A stretch of DNA of 64,000 bases from IMG/VR virus record IMGVR_UViG_3300021964_000044; one strand, written 5' to 3'. Source of the DNA: an uncultured virus (IMG/VR IMGVR_UViG_3300021964_000044). Its lineage: Duplodnaviria; Heunggongvirae; Uroviricota; Caudoviricetes. Each line of letters opens with the position of its first letter. Positions within the stretch are counted from its first letter, which is position 1. Shown here in pieces: positions 8,460 to 17,387 of this stretch. The notes under the pieces are model-generated. The model worked only from the letters and a program-made list of their open reading frames with translations, did not search any database and was not told the DNA's origin. Made by a program: the position numbers and the translations under genes.

Positions 8460-9119
8460 CTACAGCGCTTCCCAGAAATAAGGGTCTGTTACCCAATTTT
8501 CAATATTTCCTGAGCCTGGCGGAGTTTTGCTTACTACCATCAAGTCATAGGAAACTGAGTATCTGGGCTCCTCTCCGTAATAAGGAGTAACGGAGTGAGC
8601 AAACGCCCCTGGGAATAAGATAAGGCGATTCTTAACTGGACTTAACAGCACTTCTTTGTAGTTGATATCAGTATCTTCGAACACAATAGGCAGATAATCC
8701 ATGCAGTTATCGGATTCAAACTTTAAGCAACCGCTATTATTTAATGGCTCTGTTATATAAAAAACTGCACTGATAATAGCGTTCTTGTGTGCATGAGTAG
8801 GGATGTATCCTTCGTCTTCGCATATTGCTGGCCATGACTTTTCTGCGTAAATATTTACTTTATCCAGTGCTACGCCTATTTCCGAGAGGTACTCATTGCA
8901 GGCAATTCCAATTTGAGTATTTAACCATTTAAATTCTGGTTTTTTGTGTAGCAAAAATTCATCGCAAACATCCCCTGTAATGTTCGCCTGATGATCGCCT
9001 AATTCTTTAGATTTTATGTGAAAATTTTCAACAAATCTGAGCATTTCGCGCTCAACTTGAGCGGGAGGATCTAAATCCTCCATAAAAACTGGTGTGGCAA
9101 AAGCAGAAAAACAGGGCAT
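8460..9119 (-). CDS. 2OG-Fe(II) oxygenase (TIGR02466-like)
   Basis: HAHKNAIISAVFYI, LILFPGAFAHSV, RYSVSYD. Confidence 0.85.
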   Translation of the reverse strand: MPCFSAFATPVFMEDLDPPAQVEREMLRFVENFHIKSKELGDHQANITGDVCDEFLLHKKPEFKWLNTQIGIACNEYLSEIGVALDKVNIYAEKSWPAICEDEGYIPTHAHKNAIISAVFYITEPLNNSGCLKFESDNCMDYLPIVFEDTDINYKEVLLSPVKNRLILFPGAFAHSVTPYYGEEPRYSVSYDLMVVSKTPPGSGNIENWVTDPYFWEAL

Positions 9120-9135
9120 TTTGTAAGTGTTTACA

Positions 9136-9220
9136 TAGGAGCAGAGGGACTTGAACCCTCACGACCACGATGGTCTCAGGATTTTAAGTCCTGTGTGTCT
9201 ACCAATTCCACCATGCTCCC
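9136..9220 (-). tRNA. trnL: tRNA-Leu(TAA)
   Basis: GGTGGAATTGGTAGAC D-arm, CAGGA-CTTAAAA-TCCTG anticodon arm, long variable arm, GGTTCAAGTCC. Confidence 0.95.
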
Positions 9221-9250
9221 GGCGTTTGGAGCCTAGCGTAAAAGACAAGT

Positions 9251-9700
9251 GTGTGCACCCTACAGTTTTTTCAGCGGCAGAGATGCACAGTGTTTCATTG
9301 CGAACAGGATCTATTAGTTAATCTCATTGTTCTAAGCCCGAAACACGCACGTCGAAAATTCAGAAGTTATATCTTTGAAGCCTGGGATTGGAAATGTGCA
9401 TACTGTGAGCGCCAATTAAATTCAGATAACGCGACAATTGATCATATTTTGCCGAAGCACAAAGGCGGCCACAACGTAAGATCGAACATGTGCTGCTGTT
9501 GTAGCGGGTGTAACCGCGCCAAAGGTTCGACCTTGCTAGAAATTTGGTATAACGAGTCCCATCCTAAATATACAAAAGAAAGGTTTGATAAAATCAAAGG
9601 ATGGATGGAGCAAAAACCTTGTTCTATAAAGCTTCCAACCACGGAAGGATCTACGCCATACATTGACAATGACTGCTACATCAGCTGGATCGCAGCGTGA
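9251..9700 (+). CDS. HNH endonuclease (start may be GTG 9290)
   Basis: CAYC...TIDHILPK.KGG.N..SN...C..CN..KG. Confidence 0.9.
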   Translation: MCTLQFFQRQRCTVFHCEQDLLVNLIVLSPKHARRKFRSYIFEAWDWKCAYCERQLNSDNATIDHILPKHKGGHNVRSNMCCCCSGCNRAKGSTLLEIWYNESHPKYTKERFDKIKGWMEQKPCSIKLPTTEGSTPYIDNDCYISWIAA

Positions 9701-9836
9701 CCCTGAAGAGTTTTTAGCCGAGTATCTTGAAGGGCTTCAGGATTCGCGTGTTGAAGAAGATGGCAATTATGCTCTTTACGGGCGTTTGAGCGATAATATT
9801 GCCACAAAAGCCGCCACCGGTGTCTTGAGGGTATAA
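9669..9836 (+). CDS. hypothetical 55-aa protein
   Basis: Read manually: MTATSAGSQRDPEEFLAEYLEGL...GVLRV*; fills the gap between flanking genes. Confidence 0.55.
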   Translation: MTATSAGSQRDPEEFLAEYLEGLQDSRVEEDGNYALYGRLSDNIATKAATGVLRV

Positions 9837-9837
9837 G

Positions 9838-10125
9838 ATGGCTGATCGTGCAAAGGCAAAACGCTTAGCAAAAGAGCGCATGAAATGTAACAAGCCTAAG
9901 AAAACTCCAGGTCATAAGACTAAGTCACATGTCGTCAAAGCGTGTGAAGACGGCGAAGAAAAAATTATTCGTTTTGGTCAGCAAGGAGTTGAAGGCGCTG
10001 GCAAAAATCCCAAAACAGCAGAGGACAAGGCTCGGAAAAAATCTTATTACGCTCGGCACGACGCTCAGGATGCAGATCCAGACAAAATGTCAGCACGCTA
10101 CTGGGCGCATAAAGTTAAATGGTGA
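9838..10125 (+). CDS. conserved basic phage protein
   Basis: KSHVV...IIRFGQQG...RKKSYYARH...SARYWA.KVKW family pattern. Confidence 0.75.
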   Translation: MADRAKAKRLAKERMKCNKPKKTPGHKTKSHVVKACEDGEEKIIRFGQQGVEGAGKNPKTAEDKARKKSYYARHDAQDADPDKMSARYWAHKVKW

Positions 10126-10131
10126 TTTGAC

Positions 10132-10275
10132 ATGAAGGATAAAGTAAAAAAAGTTATGTCTGAATTCAAGGCAGGCGAGCTAAAGTCAAGCAGTGGCCAG
10201 AAGGTCACCAGCAAGAAACAAGCTTTAGCCATTGCATTAGCTATGCAACAGAAATCTCGAAGAAAAAAAGGTTAA
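10132..10275 (+). CDS. small basic protein, DUF6496-like
   Basis: Read manually: MKDKVKKVMSEFKAGELKSSSGQKVTSKKQALAIALAM... Confidence 0.75.
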   Translation: MKDKVKKVMSEFKAGELKSSSGQKVTSKKQALAIALAMQQKSRRKKG

Positions 10276-11069
10276 ATAAGTGGCCAACTTCGCCACCATT
10301 TGGTGACGATGTACTTCTCTCCGCTTTCTGGTGGCAGAGCTTCGTGAAGTGTTTTTCTGTTAATTTTTCCGTTTTTGCGCAGATTGTTCCAGGTAAGAAG
10401 TGTCCCTTGCTTGGGTTTAACTTTTAGGTTTAGGTGGCGGAAGAAGGTTTCCCCGCCTTTGTCTACGTCGTTGAGATAGATCATAGTAGTCCAGGTACGC
10501 TGCCCCATCCATTCGCAGTAACATTTGTAGTGGGGCGCCCAACGGTCAAAGAAATCCCAATGTTCTTTAAAGTATTGACCGACTTCGTATTTTTGTCCTT
10601 GTATAGCTTCCCCGAGGAACGGATCTAAGTCCATAAAGTTTGTAACTTTAATGTCTAGATCTTTAAAAACCTCATTGTCAAAGCGATTTAGGTCTGCCGA
10701 ACTACTGGTTCTGTATTCAGAAACCGTGCCCATATCCTGGGAATCAGAAACAGTCGATGGTACTAATCTTTGGTTAATTTCATCTATTAGAGCTTGACAC
10801 TCACCTGCATCAAGAAAGTTTTCTTTAACATAAACCTGTGTTCGGCGGAAAGGGAACTTGATTGAGCGTTCTTCCAAGCCTCTTTCGTAGAAGTGTCCGT
10901 AATCAATTTCTTTTGGTTCAGCGCGGAATGAGCATAACCGTATGGCTTGATTAATTTGTTCGTCCGACCAGTTGTAAAATTCTTTCGCTTCACGAGTCAA
11001 GCCTGGTTTGCTAACTCCTGAAGTTGCACGAACCATGAATTCTGAGAGATGGTCGGGATTTATATCCAT
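10272..11069 (-). CDS. prolyl 4-hydroxylase-like 2OG-Fe(II) oxygenase
   Basis: YEVGQYFKEHWD, RTWTTMIYLNDVDKGGET.F, TLHEALP...GEKYIVTKW; ATG 11069 chosen. Confidence 0.9.
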   Translation of the reverse strand: MDINPDHLSEFMVRATSGVSKPGLTREAKEFYNWSDEQINQAIRLCSFRAEPKEIDYGHFYERGLEERSIKFPFRRTQVYVKENFLDAGECQALIDEINQRLVPSTVSDSQDMGTVSEYRTSSSADLNRFDNEVFKDLDIKVTNFMDLDPFLGEAIQGQKYEVGQYFKEHWDFFDRWAPHYKCYCEWMGQRTWTTMIYLNDVDKGGETFFRHLNLKVKPKQGTLLTWNNLRKNGKINRKTLHEALPPESGEKYIVTKWWRSWPLI

Positions 11070-11113
11070 TGAGATACTTTTACTAGACTGTACATAGAGT
11101 GTACAGCAGTCTG

Positions 11114-11260
11114 ATGGAACCACTTGTCCTTTCGTTTGTATTTTTTGCTGCTTTTAGCTACGTTGCGAGTATCCATGCTTTGAAAAAAACTTACATTTGG
11201 GGCCAGTCCGCCGAAATCAGGATCAAGAAGAGTGAGCCTAGGCTCAAATTTTGGCGTTGA
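11114..11260 (+). CDS. hypothetical single-TM microprotein
   Basis: Read manually: MEPLVLSFVFFAAFSYVASIHALKK... Confidence 0.45.
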   Translation: MEPLVLSFVFFAAFSYVASIHALKKTYIWGQSAEIRIKKSEPRLKFWR

Positions 11261-11306
11261 CCATTAATTCAGCGCTGTTAAGATAGCTGTAAGGTTAAGG
11301 CTTACC

Positions 11307-11522
11307 ATGGATGCAATAGGGCTTCCGGTGGATGTGGAATTCCAGATTCACGCAGCATCACTAGCGATTCAAAACTTGGATCGCGAAGAGCTTGAAGAGG
11401 CATTTATTGAGATGCTGCACCAAAAAGCTCTAGATCGCCAGATGTTTCTCGGCGTTTTAAAAGATCACGGCATTGATGCCGATATCACCTTTAATTTCTC
11501 AACTATCGGACAAGTTTCCTAA
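11307..11522 (+). CDS. nblA: NblA-like phycobilisome degradation adaptor
   Basis: LPVDVEFQIHAASLAIQNLDREELEEAFIEMLHQ...MFLGVLK aligns by eye with the NblA pattern L.LEQQF....Q...MS.EQ....L..L..Q.......L.K. Confidence 0.6.
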   Translation: MDAIGLPVDVEFQIHAASLAIQNLDREELEEAFIEMLHQKALDRQMFLGVLKDHGIDADITFNFSTIGQVS

Positions 11523-11527
11523 GTACC

Positions 11528-11911
11528 ATGCCCGTTCGTACTATTCAAGGCACTCTTGACACTTTTTCAGTGGATGCCGGATCTGAGATCACTTATGAAG
11601 GTCCTACCAGTGCTGGAGACAAAGGCCTGAATATCCGTGGTTTCAAAGTAAACCCAACAAGCACTGGTGATTTGACAGTGACGATCGCTACCTCTTCAGG
11701 GGTAGAGTCGATTGAAATCTTCCAAGAAAGTAGTTACTCGGCAGGTAACGCACCCTCAGGCTATCAAAAGTTTTTCAACATTGCCAAAGCTGGCAAGGGC
11801 GGCGGCGCTGTTGGTGTATCCGTAACAAACGCTGCGGAGGATTACATTGTGCTGCTGACTTTAGACGGTTATTCTGAGGTGAGCTATACCGGTTCGGTTG
11901 ACGTCCCGTAA
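11528..11911 (+). CDS. hypothetical beta-rich protein, possibly structural
   Basis: 127-aa Gly/Ser/Thr-rich ORF. Confidence 0.55.
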   Translation: MPVRTIQGTLDTFSVDAGSEITYEGPTSAGDKGLNIRGFKVNPTSTGDLTVTIATSSGVESIEIFQESSYSAGNAPSGYQKFFNIAKAGKGGGAVGVSVTNAAEDYIVLLTLDGYSEVSYTGSVDVP

Positions 11912-12692
11912 GTACTCTAAAAGCCCCTCTTGGAAGGAATTTCCTTTCCTTAGCCAAAGAGGCATTAATCTGATAAAAGCATACACACAGCCCCGTACTG
12001 ACCTCAGTATGGGGCGTTTTGGTGCGTATAGGGATTATGGAGAAAGCACTTGGCGTATCGGATATGGCAGTAAAAATTTAGGCAAAAGGCCTGTATCAGG
12101 TTTAGATCGTATTACACGGGAAGAAGCCGAGGTTCAACTAATTGAAGACTTAAAAGAGTTTTCTATCGAAGTATCTCAATACGTTTATGTCCGTTTAAAT
12201 GAACACAAACGAGCTGCCATGCTTAGCTTTGCGCACAGTCTTGGTATTGGTGGATTTAAAAAAAGCAGGCTTTTACATCTAATTAATCGCCACGCGCCTA
12301 AGAATGCAATTATTTCTGAGTGGAGTCCTTATATCAATAAAATTTGGTTGTCTGGCGGCGATTTGATGCGAGATCGCCGTCGTGTAGAGCTAAACACGTA
12401 TCTAGCACCAGACAAAAAGATGCCTACTTTTGTCGAGCACGAGTGCATGACATCTATTTGTCTCCTTAACCTTGCAGATAGCTACAACGGGGCACCTAAT
12501 CAGATCAAAGCAGTTGAATACTTAGAGAAAAAGCTCAAGGAATGGGATCCATCTGGGCATGTGATTCGCCGTTTTTATCGTCTTTGGTGTGAGACTCCAG
12601 CTGGTCTAGGATCCGAGAGCCGAATGGAGGATATGTTTTTAGATAATCTATTGCATCAAGCAGAGCTAGCTCAGGAACATAATGACGAATAA
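11898..12692 (+). CDS. GH24 lysozyme-like protein with degenerate active site and a C-terminal cyanophage endolysin-associated helical domain
   Basis: SQRGINLIK, AYRD...W.IGYG, ITREEAE..L..DL, AMLSFAH.LG.G.F..S.LL..IN, RRRVE; C-terminal LLNLA..Y.G.P.Q..A..YL. Confidence 0.7.
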   Translation: MTSRKYSKSPSWKEFPFLSQRGINLIKAYTQPRTDLSMGRFGAYRDYGESTWRIGYGSKNLGKRPVSGLDRITREEAEVQLIEDLKEFSIEVSQYVYVRLNEHKRAAMLSFAHSLGIGGFKKSRLLHLINRHAPKNAIISEWSPYINKIWLSGGDLMRDRRRVELNTYLAPDKKMPTFVEHECMTSICLLNLADSYNGAPNQIKAVEYLEKKLKEWDPSGHVIRRFYRLWCETPAGLGSESRMEDMFLDNLLHQAELAQEHNDE

Positions 12693-12718
12693 ACTCGTCA
12701 TACTCCATAGGGCTTGAT

Positions 12719-13006
12719 TTATGAGGCTGCGACATCTTCTTTAGCTAGTGCGATTTTTAAAAGTACCAAATAACCAATCAGATCCATAATCACGTCTTCA
12801 TCGCAATCAAGGAGGTTATTGCCTGACTTGATTCTATTAAGCTTGTCGTCAATACGGACAAGAATTTGCTCAACTGAACTTGCTTTGCTGAAAATCCGTG
12901 CAGGCTCTAGCGCTGAATTGCCATACTTTGTGTTTTTATAAAGCAGAAGTTCTTTTACGTCATCACAAATTTTGCTTATTTGCAGTTGTGTTTCGGTAAG
13001 GGTCAT
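12719..13006 (-). CDS. DUF1599 / nucleotide-modification-associated domain 1 protein
   Basis: LL.KN.KYGNS, VRIDDKLNRI, ED...DLIGYL. Confidence 0.8.
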   Translation of the reverse strand: MTLTETQLQISKICDDVKELLLYKNTKYGNSALEPARIFSKASSVEQILVRIDDKLNRIKSGNNLLDCDEDVIMDLIGYLVLLKIALAKEDVAAS

Positions 13007-13018
13007 TAGAATAAAAAC

Positions 13019-13246
13019 ATGCAATACCAATCTAGCGCTTCTCACAAGGTAGACAACCGTTACCGAAATATGGAACGTGCTACCGATAATGATAGAGCGT
13101 TGACGTTTTTAAAATCTGCTTCAAAACGTATTCGTCAGCAGCAGAATCCAAATTTAGAAGGCGAACGTCGCATGGAAGATCGTTTTATATACGCTAATCC
13201 AGCGACAAATTTCGAAACTTTAGCTTCTTTCAGAAACATGTTCTGA
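13019..13246 (+). CDS. hypothetical protein
   Basis: 75-aa ORF with TTAGAAT 6 nt upstream. Confidence 0.55.
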   Translation: MQYQSSASHKVDNRYRNMERATDNDRALTFLKSASKRIRQQQNPNLEGERRMEDRFIYANPATNFETLASFRNMF

Positions 13247-13873
13247 TTAGTAGATTACTCTGCCGATGTTAGAAAATATATCAATAAACGCATCTGCTTG
13301 TTTAAATCCAAGTTCTAATCTCGGTAAATAGACAAAATAGCCCCAAAACATCGGATATTTATGTGCCCAAAAGCCTTTGCCGTGTATAAGACGTGCCCGT
13401 TCAGTTGGTATGCATACCGGGAAATCCCAGATATCTGGACAAAGCCTTAAAGTTTCAGGATTAGTCGAAAAAAATAAGGCTTCAGGTACGTTTCGGAGTT
13501 TCCATTCTTTGTATAGACGTTTAAACCATATGACAGACGGGGTTTTTGAACCTGGGCCGCCTCGAGGCGACCACACCCACTTACCGGGGCCTTTCTTATA
13601 AGAACACCGTCCGTATGTAGGAGGGAACAAGTAAGTTTTACCAAACCAAGGGGTTTCTACGTTCAGACCATCCTCTTTAATGGTATATGCTGTTTTGGCG
13701 CGAATAAATTCAAGATTTGCTCTATGTGTGGTACAAGGATCTAGATCTATATCACCTAATAAAGCATCTATGTAAGGTAGGTAATCGGCGGGAGTTATCC
13801 AATCGTTTTCAATATGGAAAATTTTTCCACGATTACGACTTCTTTCCCGCCAAGGACGCCACCTTTCCTTCAC
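13247..13873 (-). CDS. phage DNA N6-adenine methyltransferase-like protein with an atypical motif IV
   Basis: NDWITP, IDLDPC, EDGL...W.G.TYLFPPTY (NPPY expected). Confidence 0.65.
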   Translation of the reverse strand: MKERWRPWRERSRNRGKIFHIENDWITPADYLPYIDALLGDIDLDPCTTHRANLEFIRAKTAYTIKEDGLNVETPWFGKTYLFPPTYGRCSYKKGPGKWVWSPRGGPGSKTPSVIWFKRLYKEWKLRNVPEALFFSTNPETLRLCPDIWDFPVCIPTERARLIHGKGFWAHKYPMFWGYFVYLPRLELGFKQADAFIDIFSNIGRVIY

Positions 13874-14268
13874 AGCATCATGAAACCAGAGCCTTCAGTA
13901 TCGTGTTTGTAGTGCACCAGTGCAAGCTCTTTTGAATCTTGGATAAGAAAAAGTGATTCTTTCGCGGGATCAAGCGCTTCTGCGCGGCGAATTGCAGATT
14001 GAAAAACTTCTTCTAAAGCTTCGTTACCTTTATTGTCATCAAGCGCGTTGATAAGTGCTTCGACTGGTAAGTAGAACATGCTTTCTTTGTCATCTTCTTG
14101 AGGCCGGAACACCATTGCGCCTGGGCCTTCAATTTTGTAAAACTTGGAATAATACTCACACATGTCTGCACAAATCCTCTCGATTGAGAGCTTCATGAGT
14201 GTCTCTTCCATTTCTCCTGATGCGCCTTTCAGGAGGTGCGTGAGCATTTTGTTTCGACGGCTTGTCAT
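13870..14268 (-). CDS. hypothetical protein
   Basis: 132-aa ORF in minus-strand operon. Confidence 0.65.
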   Translation of the reverse strand: MTSRRNKMLTHLLKGASGEMEETLMKLSIERICADMCEYYSKFYKIEGPGAMVFRPQEDDKESMFYLPVEALINALDDNKGNEALEEVFQSAIRRAEALDPAKESLFLIQDSKELALVHYKHDTEGSGFMML

Positions 14269-14290
14269 GGTGTCTTGTGTTTCAGGAAGT

Positions 14291-14887
14291 TTAGCAAGGT
14301 TCAGGTGTAACCTCTTTAGCTGGCTCGTCTTTTAATTTTACAAAGTTCCCAAGCCCTGAACGCTTTAGGGTTTCCAGTAATTTGGGGAGCGGTTTATACA
14401 ACACGACAGCCTTCTGCATGTTACCTATTTTTTTAATTAATTTACCGTTTTCATCTCGCAATTTTGTCAATTCGCCTTGACGGATTAGGTACTCGGCTAC
14501 ACAACGATAGCGTCGTTTTTCGGCAAGATTTATTTCAGGATATCGATCACAAATGGTGCTGATCTTCATGTCGCTAAATGTTATGCGGATTTGGTCAGCC
14601 AGAGACAGGCCTAGCACAAGATCTGATGTGCTGGTCTCGTAGCTGCACACCAGCTCCAAGTATCTGCGAAGGTCTGCTGTTTCAAAGCTACCTGATGGCG
14701 GAATAAACATCTCGACCTGCTGCGCCAGAGACGGCACAAGCTTCTCTACGTAATTTTCAATTGTGACTGAGCTGATGTCCAGGTCGATGAATCTATAACT
14801 TTGGTAAGAGTTGCTCTTATCCTCATCAAGGACGAAATCAGTGTTCGTCAGTACATCTAACCAGTCTTCTCCTGTTTGGGAACTCAT
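14291..14887 (-). CDS. hypothetical protein, possible winged-helix
   Basis: 198-aa ORF; basic C-terminal region. Confidence 0.65.
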   Translation of the reverse strand: MSSQTGEDWLDVLTNTDFVLDEDKSNSYQSYRFIDLDISSVTIENYVEKLVPSLAQQVEMFIPPSGSFETADLRRYLELVCSYETSTSDLVLGLSLADQIRITFSDMKISTICDRYPEINLAEKRRYRCVAEYLIRQGELTKLRDENGKLIKKIGNMQKAVVLYKPLPKLLETLKRSGLGNFVKLKDEPAKEVTPEPC

Positions 14888-15291
14888 TCAGGATCGTTGG
14901 CTTGGTTTAGCATAGCTAGCTTTTTCGATTTGTCCCATTGACTTTTATGCTCGATCAGTAGAACAAGGATGTAATATCCTTCGATAGTTCTAAAGTGCTC
15001 TCGAAATTGAACGTGTTTTTGCCAGGACTTGCCGTAGAGCTCAGTGAGACGTTTTTTGCAGTTTTCAATAGAGCCTCCGTAATTTTCAGCTTCCCATAGT
15101 GCCTTCGCAAAGTTCTTTTGTTGATTGGTCAGTAAGCTAAGCAGCTCTTTAGTGGACAGCCCTGAGATTAAGTCGCTAAACTCTTGAAGGAATGGGTAAT
15201 TATTTTTATGCGCAGACCCCTTACTTACGCAGAACTGCTCTTGGTTTTGATCCTTATGCCTGTTGGCATCTATGGAGTCCAACATTTGCAC
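14884..15291 (-). CDS. hypothetical protein (start uncertain)
   Basis: ATGA-coupled to the next gene. Confidence 0.55.
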   Translation of the reverse strand: MQMLDSIDANRHKDQNQEQFCVSKGSAHKNNYPFLQEFSDLISGLSTKELLSLLTNQQKNFAKALWEAENYGGSIENCKKRLTELYGKSWQKHVQFREHFRTIEGYYILVLLIEHKSQWDKSKKLAMLNQANDPE

Positions 15292-15336
15292 GGGTTTATC
15301 ACCGATAGAATCAGTGTAGAAGTAAAGTTTAAGTAA
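15208..15336 (+). CDS. 42-aa single-TM microprotein with prepilin-like N-terminus
   Basis: Read manually: MRRPLTYAELLLVLILMPVGIYGVQHLHGFITDRISVEVKFK*; ends 4 nt before next ATG. Confidence 0.45.
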   Translation: MRRPLTYAELLLVLILMPVGIYGVQHLHGFITDRISVEVKFK

Positions 15337-15340
15337 AACA

Positions 15341-16099
15341 ATGGGCGGTAAGAAGCCAGATCCTCCGTCACCTGAAATAGTGATGCAGAAGCCTACTGCT
15401 CCTACGTTATTTCGTACAGTAGTCCCAGAAGAGAGCTATCAAGATGTAGCTAATTACGCAGGTCGCTTAAATCAGCAGTTGCGTTCTGCTCTACAGGAAC
15501 AATATAGGCAAGCCGGAACTTCTGCTGAGATCGGTGCGCGGCAACGTGGCATTGAAATGCAAGAAGCTGCAGATATTGCATCAAGTATGCCTACAGGCCG
15601 CGACCCAGGGTTTATGGGTGTTGCTTTGGATAAAGACGGCGGTGTAGATAATGCAGCCACTGCAAAAATGACGGGGGCAGGGGGGACTCAAGGTTCTGGT
15701 CAGTATTCACAAGCTAAGAAAGCAGCTGATTTACGTTTGGCTGATGCAAAAAAAGCCTATTCGAAAGCTAAAGCACGTATTGGCGAAAAAGATTATCTAC
15801 CTAAAACAAATCAAAAATTCTCTTGGGCAAAAGATCAAAGCTCTGTATTCGACCCTGCTGACCCTGCTGACCCTCAAGCGTCAAAAAGCGGAAAGAGCAA
15901 AGATAAAGATGGGGGCAAAAAAGAATTCAGCAGTAAAGATATAAAAAATCCATTTCTCGCACTGATAGACTATCAGCACCATGCTAAACGTGGAGCAAAA
16001 CCTGATTTCAGTGAAGTAATAGAGCGTTCAAATAACCCAGATAAACAAGACCGAGGTTATTTTGAGCGTATTACAGGCGGACGGGGTAAACCCGGATAA
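15341..16099 (+). CDS. low-complexity putative virion protein
   Basis: MGGKK N-terminus as in 60203; Ala/Gln/Lys-rich; DPA repeats. Confidence 0.6.
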   Translation: MGGKKPDPPSPEIVMQKPTAPTLFRTVVPEESYQDVANYAGRLNQQLRSALQEQYRQAGTSAEIGARQRGIEMQEAADIASSMPTGRDPGFMGVALDKDGGVDNAATAKMTGAGGTQGSGQYSQAKKAADLRLADAKKAYSKAKARIGEKDYLPKTNQKFSWAKDQSSVFDPADPADPQASKSGKSKDKDGGKKEFSSKDIKNPFLALIDYQHHAKRGAKPDFSEVIERSNNPDKQDRGYFERITGGRGKPG

Positions 16100-16124
16100 T
16101 CTAGGTTTTGATCTATAAAAAAAA

Positions 16125-16349
16125 TTATTCTTCTTCAATAGGGTGAATTGGATCTTCGGTTAAGTAGTTAGCCCTGGTTTGAATCCAGTCCTCGTAAATT
16201 TCATGTAAAATTACATACTCATCGGCGGGGATGACGGCTACAGTCTCATCCTCGTTTTCTATGAGATAGTGCTTTTTTAGAACAGATACATCGTCAAGAA
16301 TCTGTTCTAAATCAATTTCATATTTAGACACGACTATTGCGTCGATCAT
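16125..16349 (-). CDS. Phd/YefM-like antitoxin-fold protein
   Basis: I.VS.YE.DLEQILDDV.....YLI......AVIPADEY. Confidence 0.55.
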   Translation of the reverse strand: MIDAIVVSKYEIDLEQILDDVSVLKKHYLIENEDETVAVIPADEYVILHEIYEDWIQTRANYLTEDPIHPIEEE

Positions 16350-16390
16350 CTGACTGTTGCAAATGTACCTACGTTAACAGGATTCTATGT

Positions 16391-17065
16391 TTATGCAGCT
16401 AAAGAGCCGAAATCTAGCTGATCTGTCACAGCTTCACTGATTTGCCTAAAATTTAGACTGTCATCAAATGCTTCTGGCGTGAAACGCCAATCGAGGACAC
16501 TGACGGCTACTGATATAGAGTAAGTTGTCTCTAGATATCGAATATCATTTGTAATTAGAAACAAATAGTCTCCAGGTTCAAGCGCGGTTGTTGGATAGTC
16601 GGTGGCGGTTAAAGCATAATCATCGTTGTAGTCTATGGAGCTTGACGGGCTTGCGTATCCGCTATTATTAATAGGGAGCTCATCCCTGGTTCCGTCTTTA
16701 TTTAACTTATAGAACGCAAGTAGTGTGTTTTTATTGGTCTCTCTGGTGTATTCAGTTTGACTAAAATTTTGCGTAAACTGAATAGATCGGCGCTTGTTGA
16801 TTCGAATTTTATAAAAAGTGCTTTGGCGTCGCGACAAGCCGCCGTGGGAATTGCTTATTGTGATCGTGCGAAATACAGAAGAGAAATCGCCCAGATCAAC
16901 AGGGTTATAAAGGCTATCTCCAAGCTCCGCAGGGCGAGGATCAGATCCGTAGTAAGAGGTTGGGCCGTAAGCAGTCGGCCCAGTACCTCCAGTGGGATAA
17001 GATTGAACAGTCCCAAGGTTATAAAGACCAAGATTATTCGGGATTGTTGTTAGAAATCTCGCCAT
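16391..17065 (-). CDS. hypothetical beta-rich protein, probably structural
   Basis: 224-aa ORF, LEPGDYLFLI motif. Confidence 0.6.
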   Translation of the reverse strand: MARFLTTIPNNLGLYNLGTVQSYPTGGTGPTAYGPTSYYGSDPRPAELGDSLYNPVDLGDFSSVFRTITISNSHGGLSRRQSTFYKIRINKRRSIQFTQNFSQTEYTRETNKNTLLAFYKLNKDGTRDELPINNSGYASPSSSIDYNDDYALTATDYPTTALEPGDYLFLITNDIRYLETTYSISVAVSVLDWRFTPEAFDDSLNFRQISEAVTDQLDFGSLAA

Positions 17066-17387
17066 CTTTGAGCATTAATCCAGTGTAAAGACCGTTAGTC
17101 CGACCAGATTGTTGATACTTTTCTTCTATAATTATAGCCCTCTCAGAATAGAACCCTTCGTCTTCCATTGTTTGGCATGCTACGTAGTCAAGATTGTTGA
17201 TCATGCAGCGCAGATCAGACTCAGCCTCACCAAGCTCGCTCTGCCATTCTTCACCCCAATGGCTTTCAGCACCAATAACAATCAAGGCGCAATATTTACG
17301 ATTTGAAGGGTCAAGGTGATAGTTGCTTGGGATCACCATCGCCCGCTTGTGCGTTGGTTTTTTTGAAGTGCTCGAAGATGTTGCCAT
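17034..17387 (-). CDS. hypothetical phage protein
   Basis: Y..SGRTNGLYTGL motif common in cyanophage hypotheticals. Confidence 0.6.
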   Translation of the reverse strand: MATSSSTSKKPTHKRAMVIPSNYHLDPSNRKYCALIVIGAESHWGEEWQSELGEAESDLRCMINNLDYVACQTMEDEGFYSERAIIIEEKYQQSGRTNGLYTGLMLKDGEISNNNPE

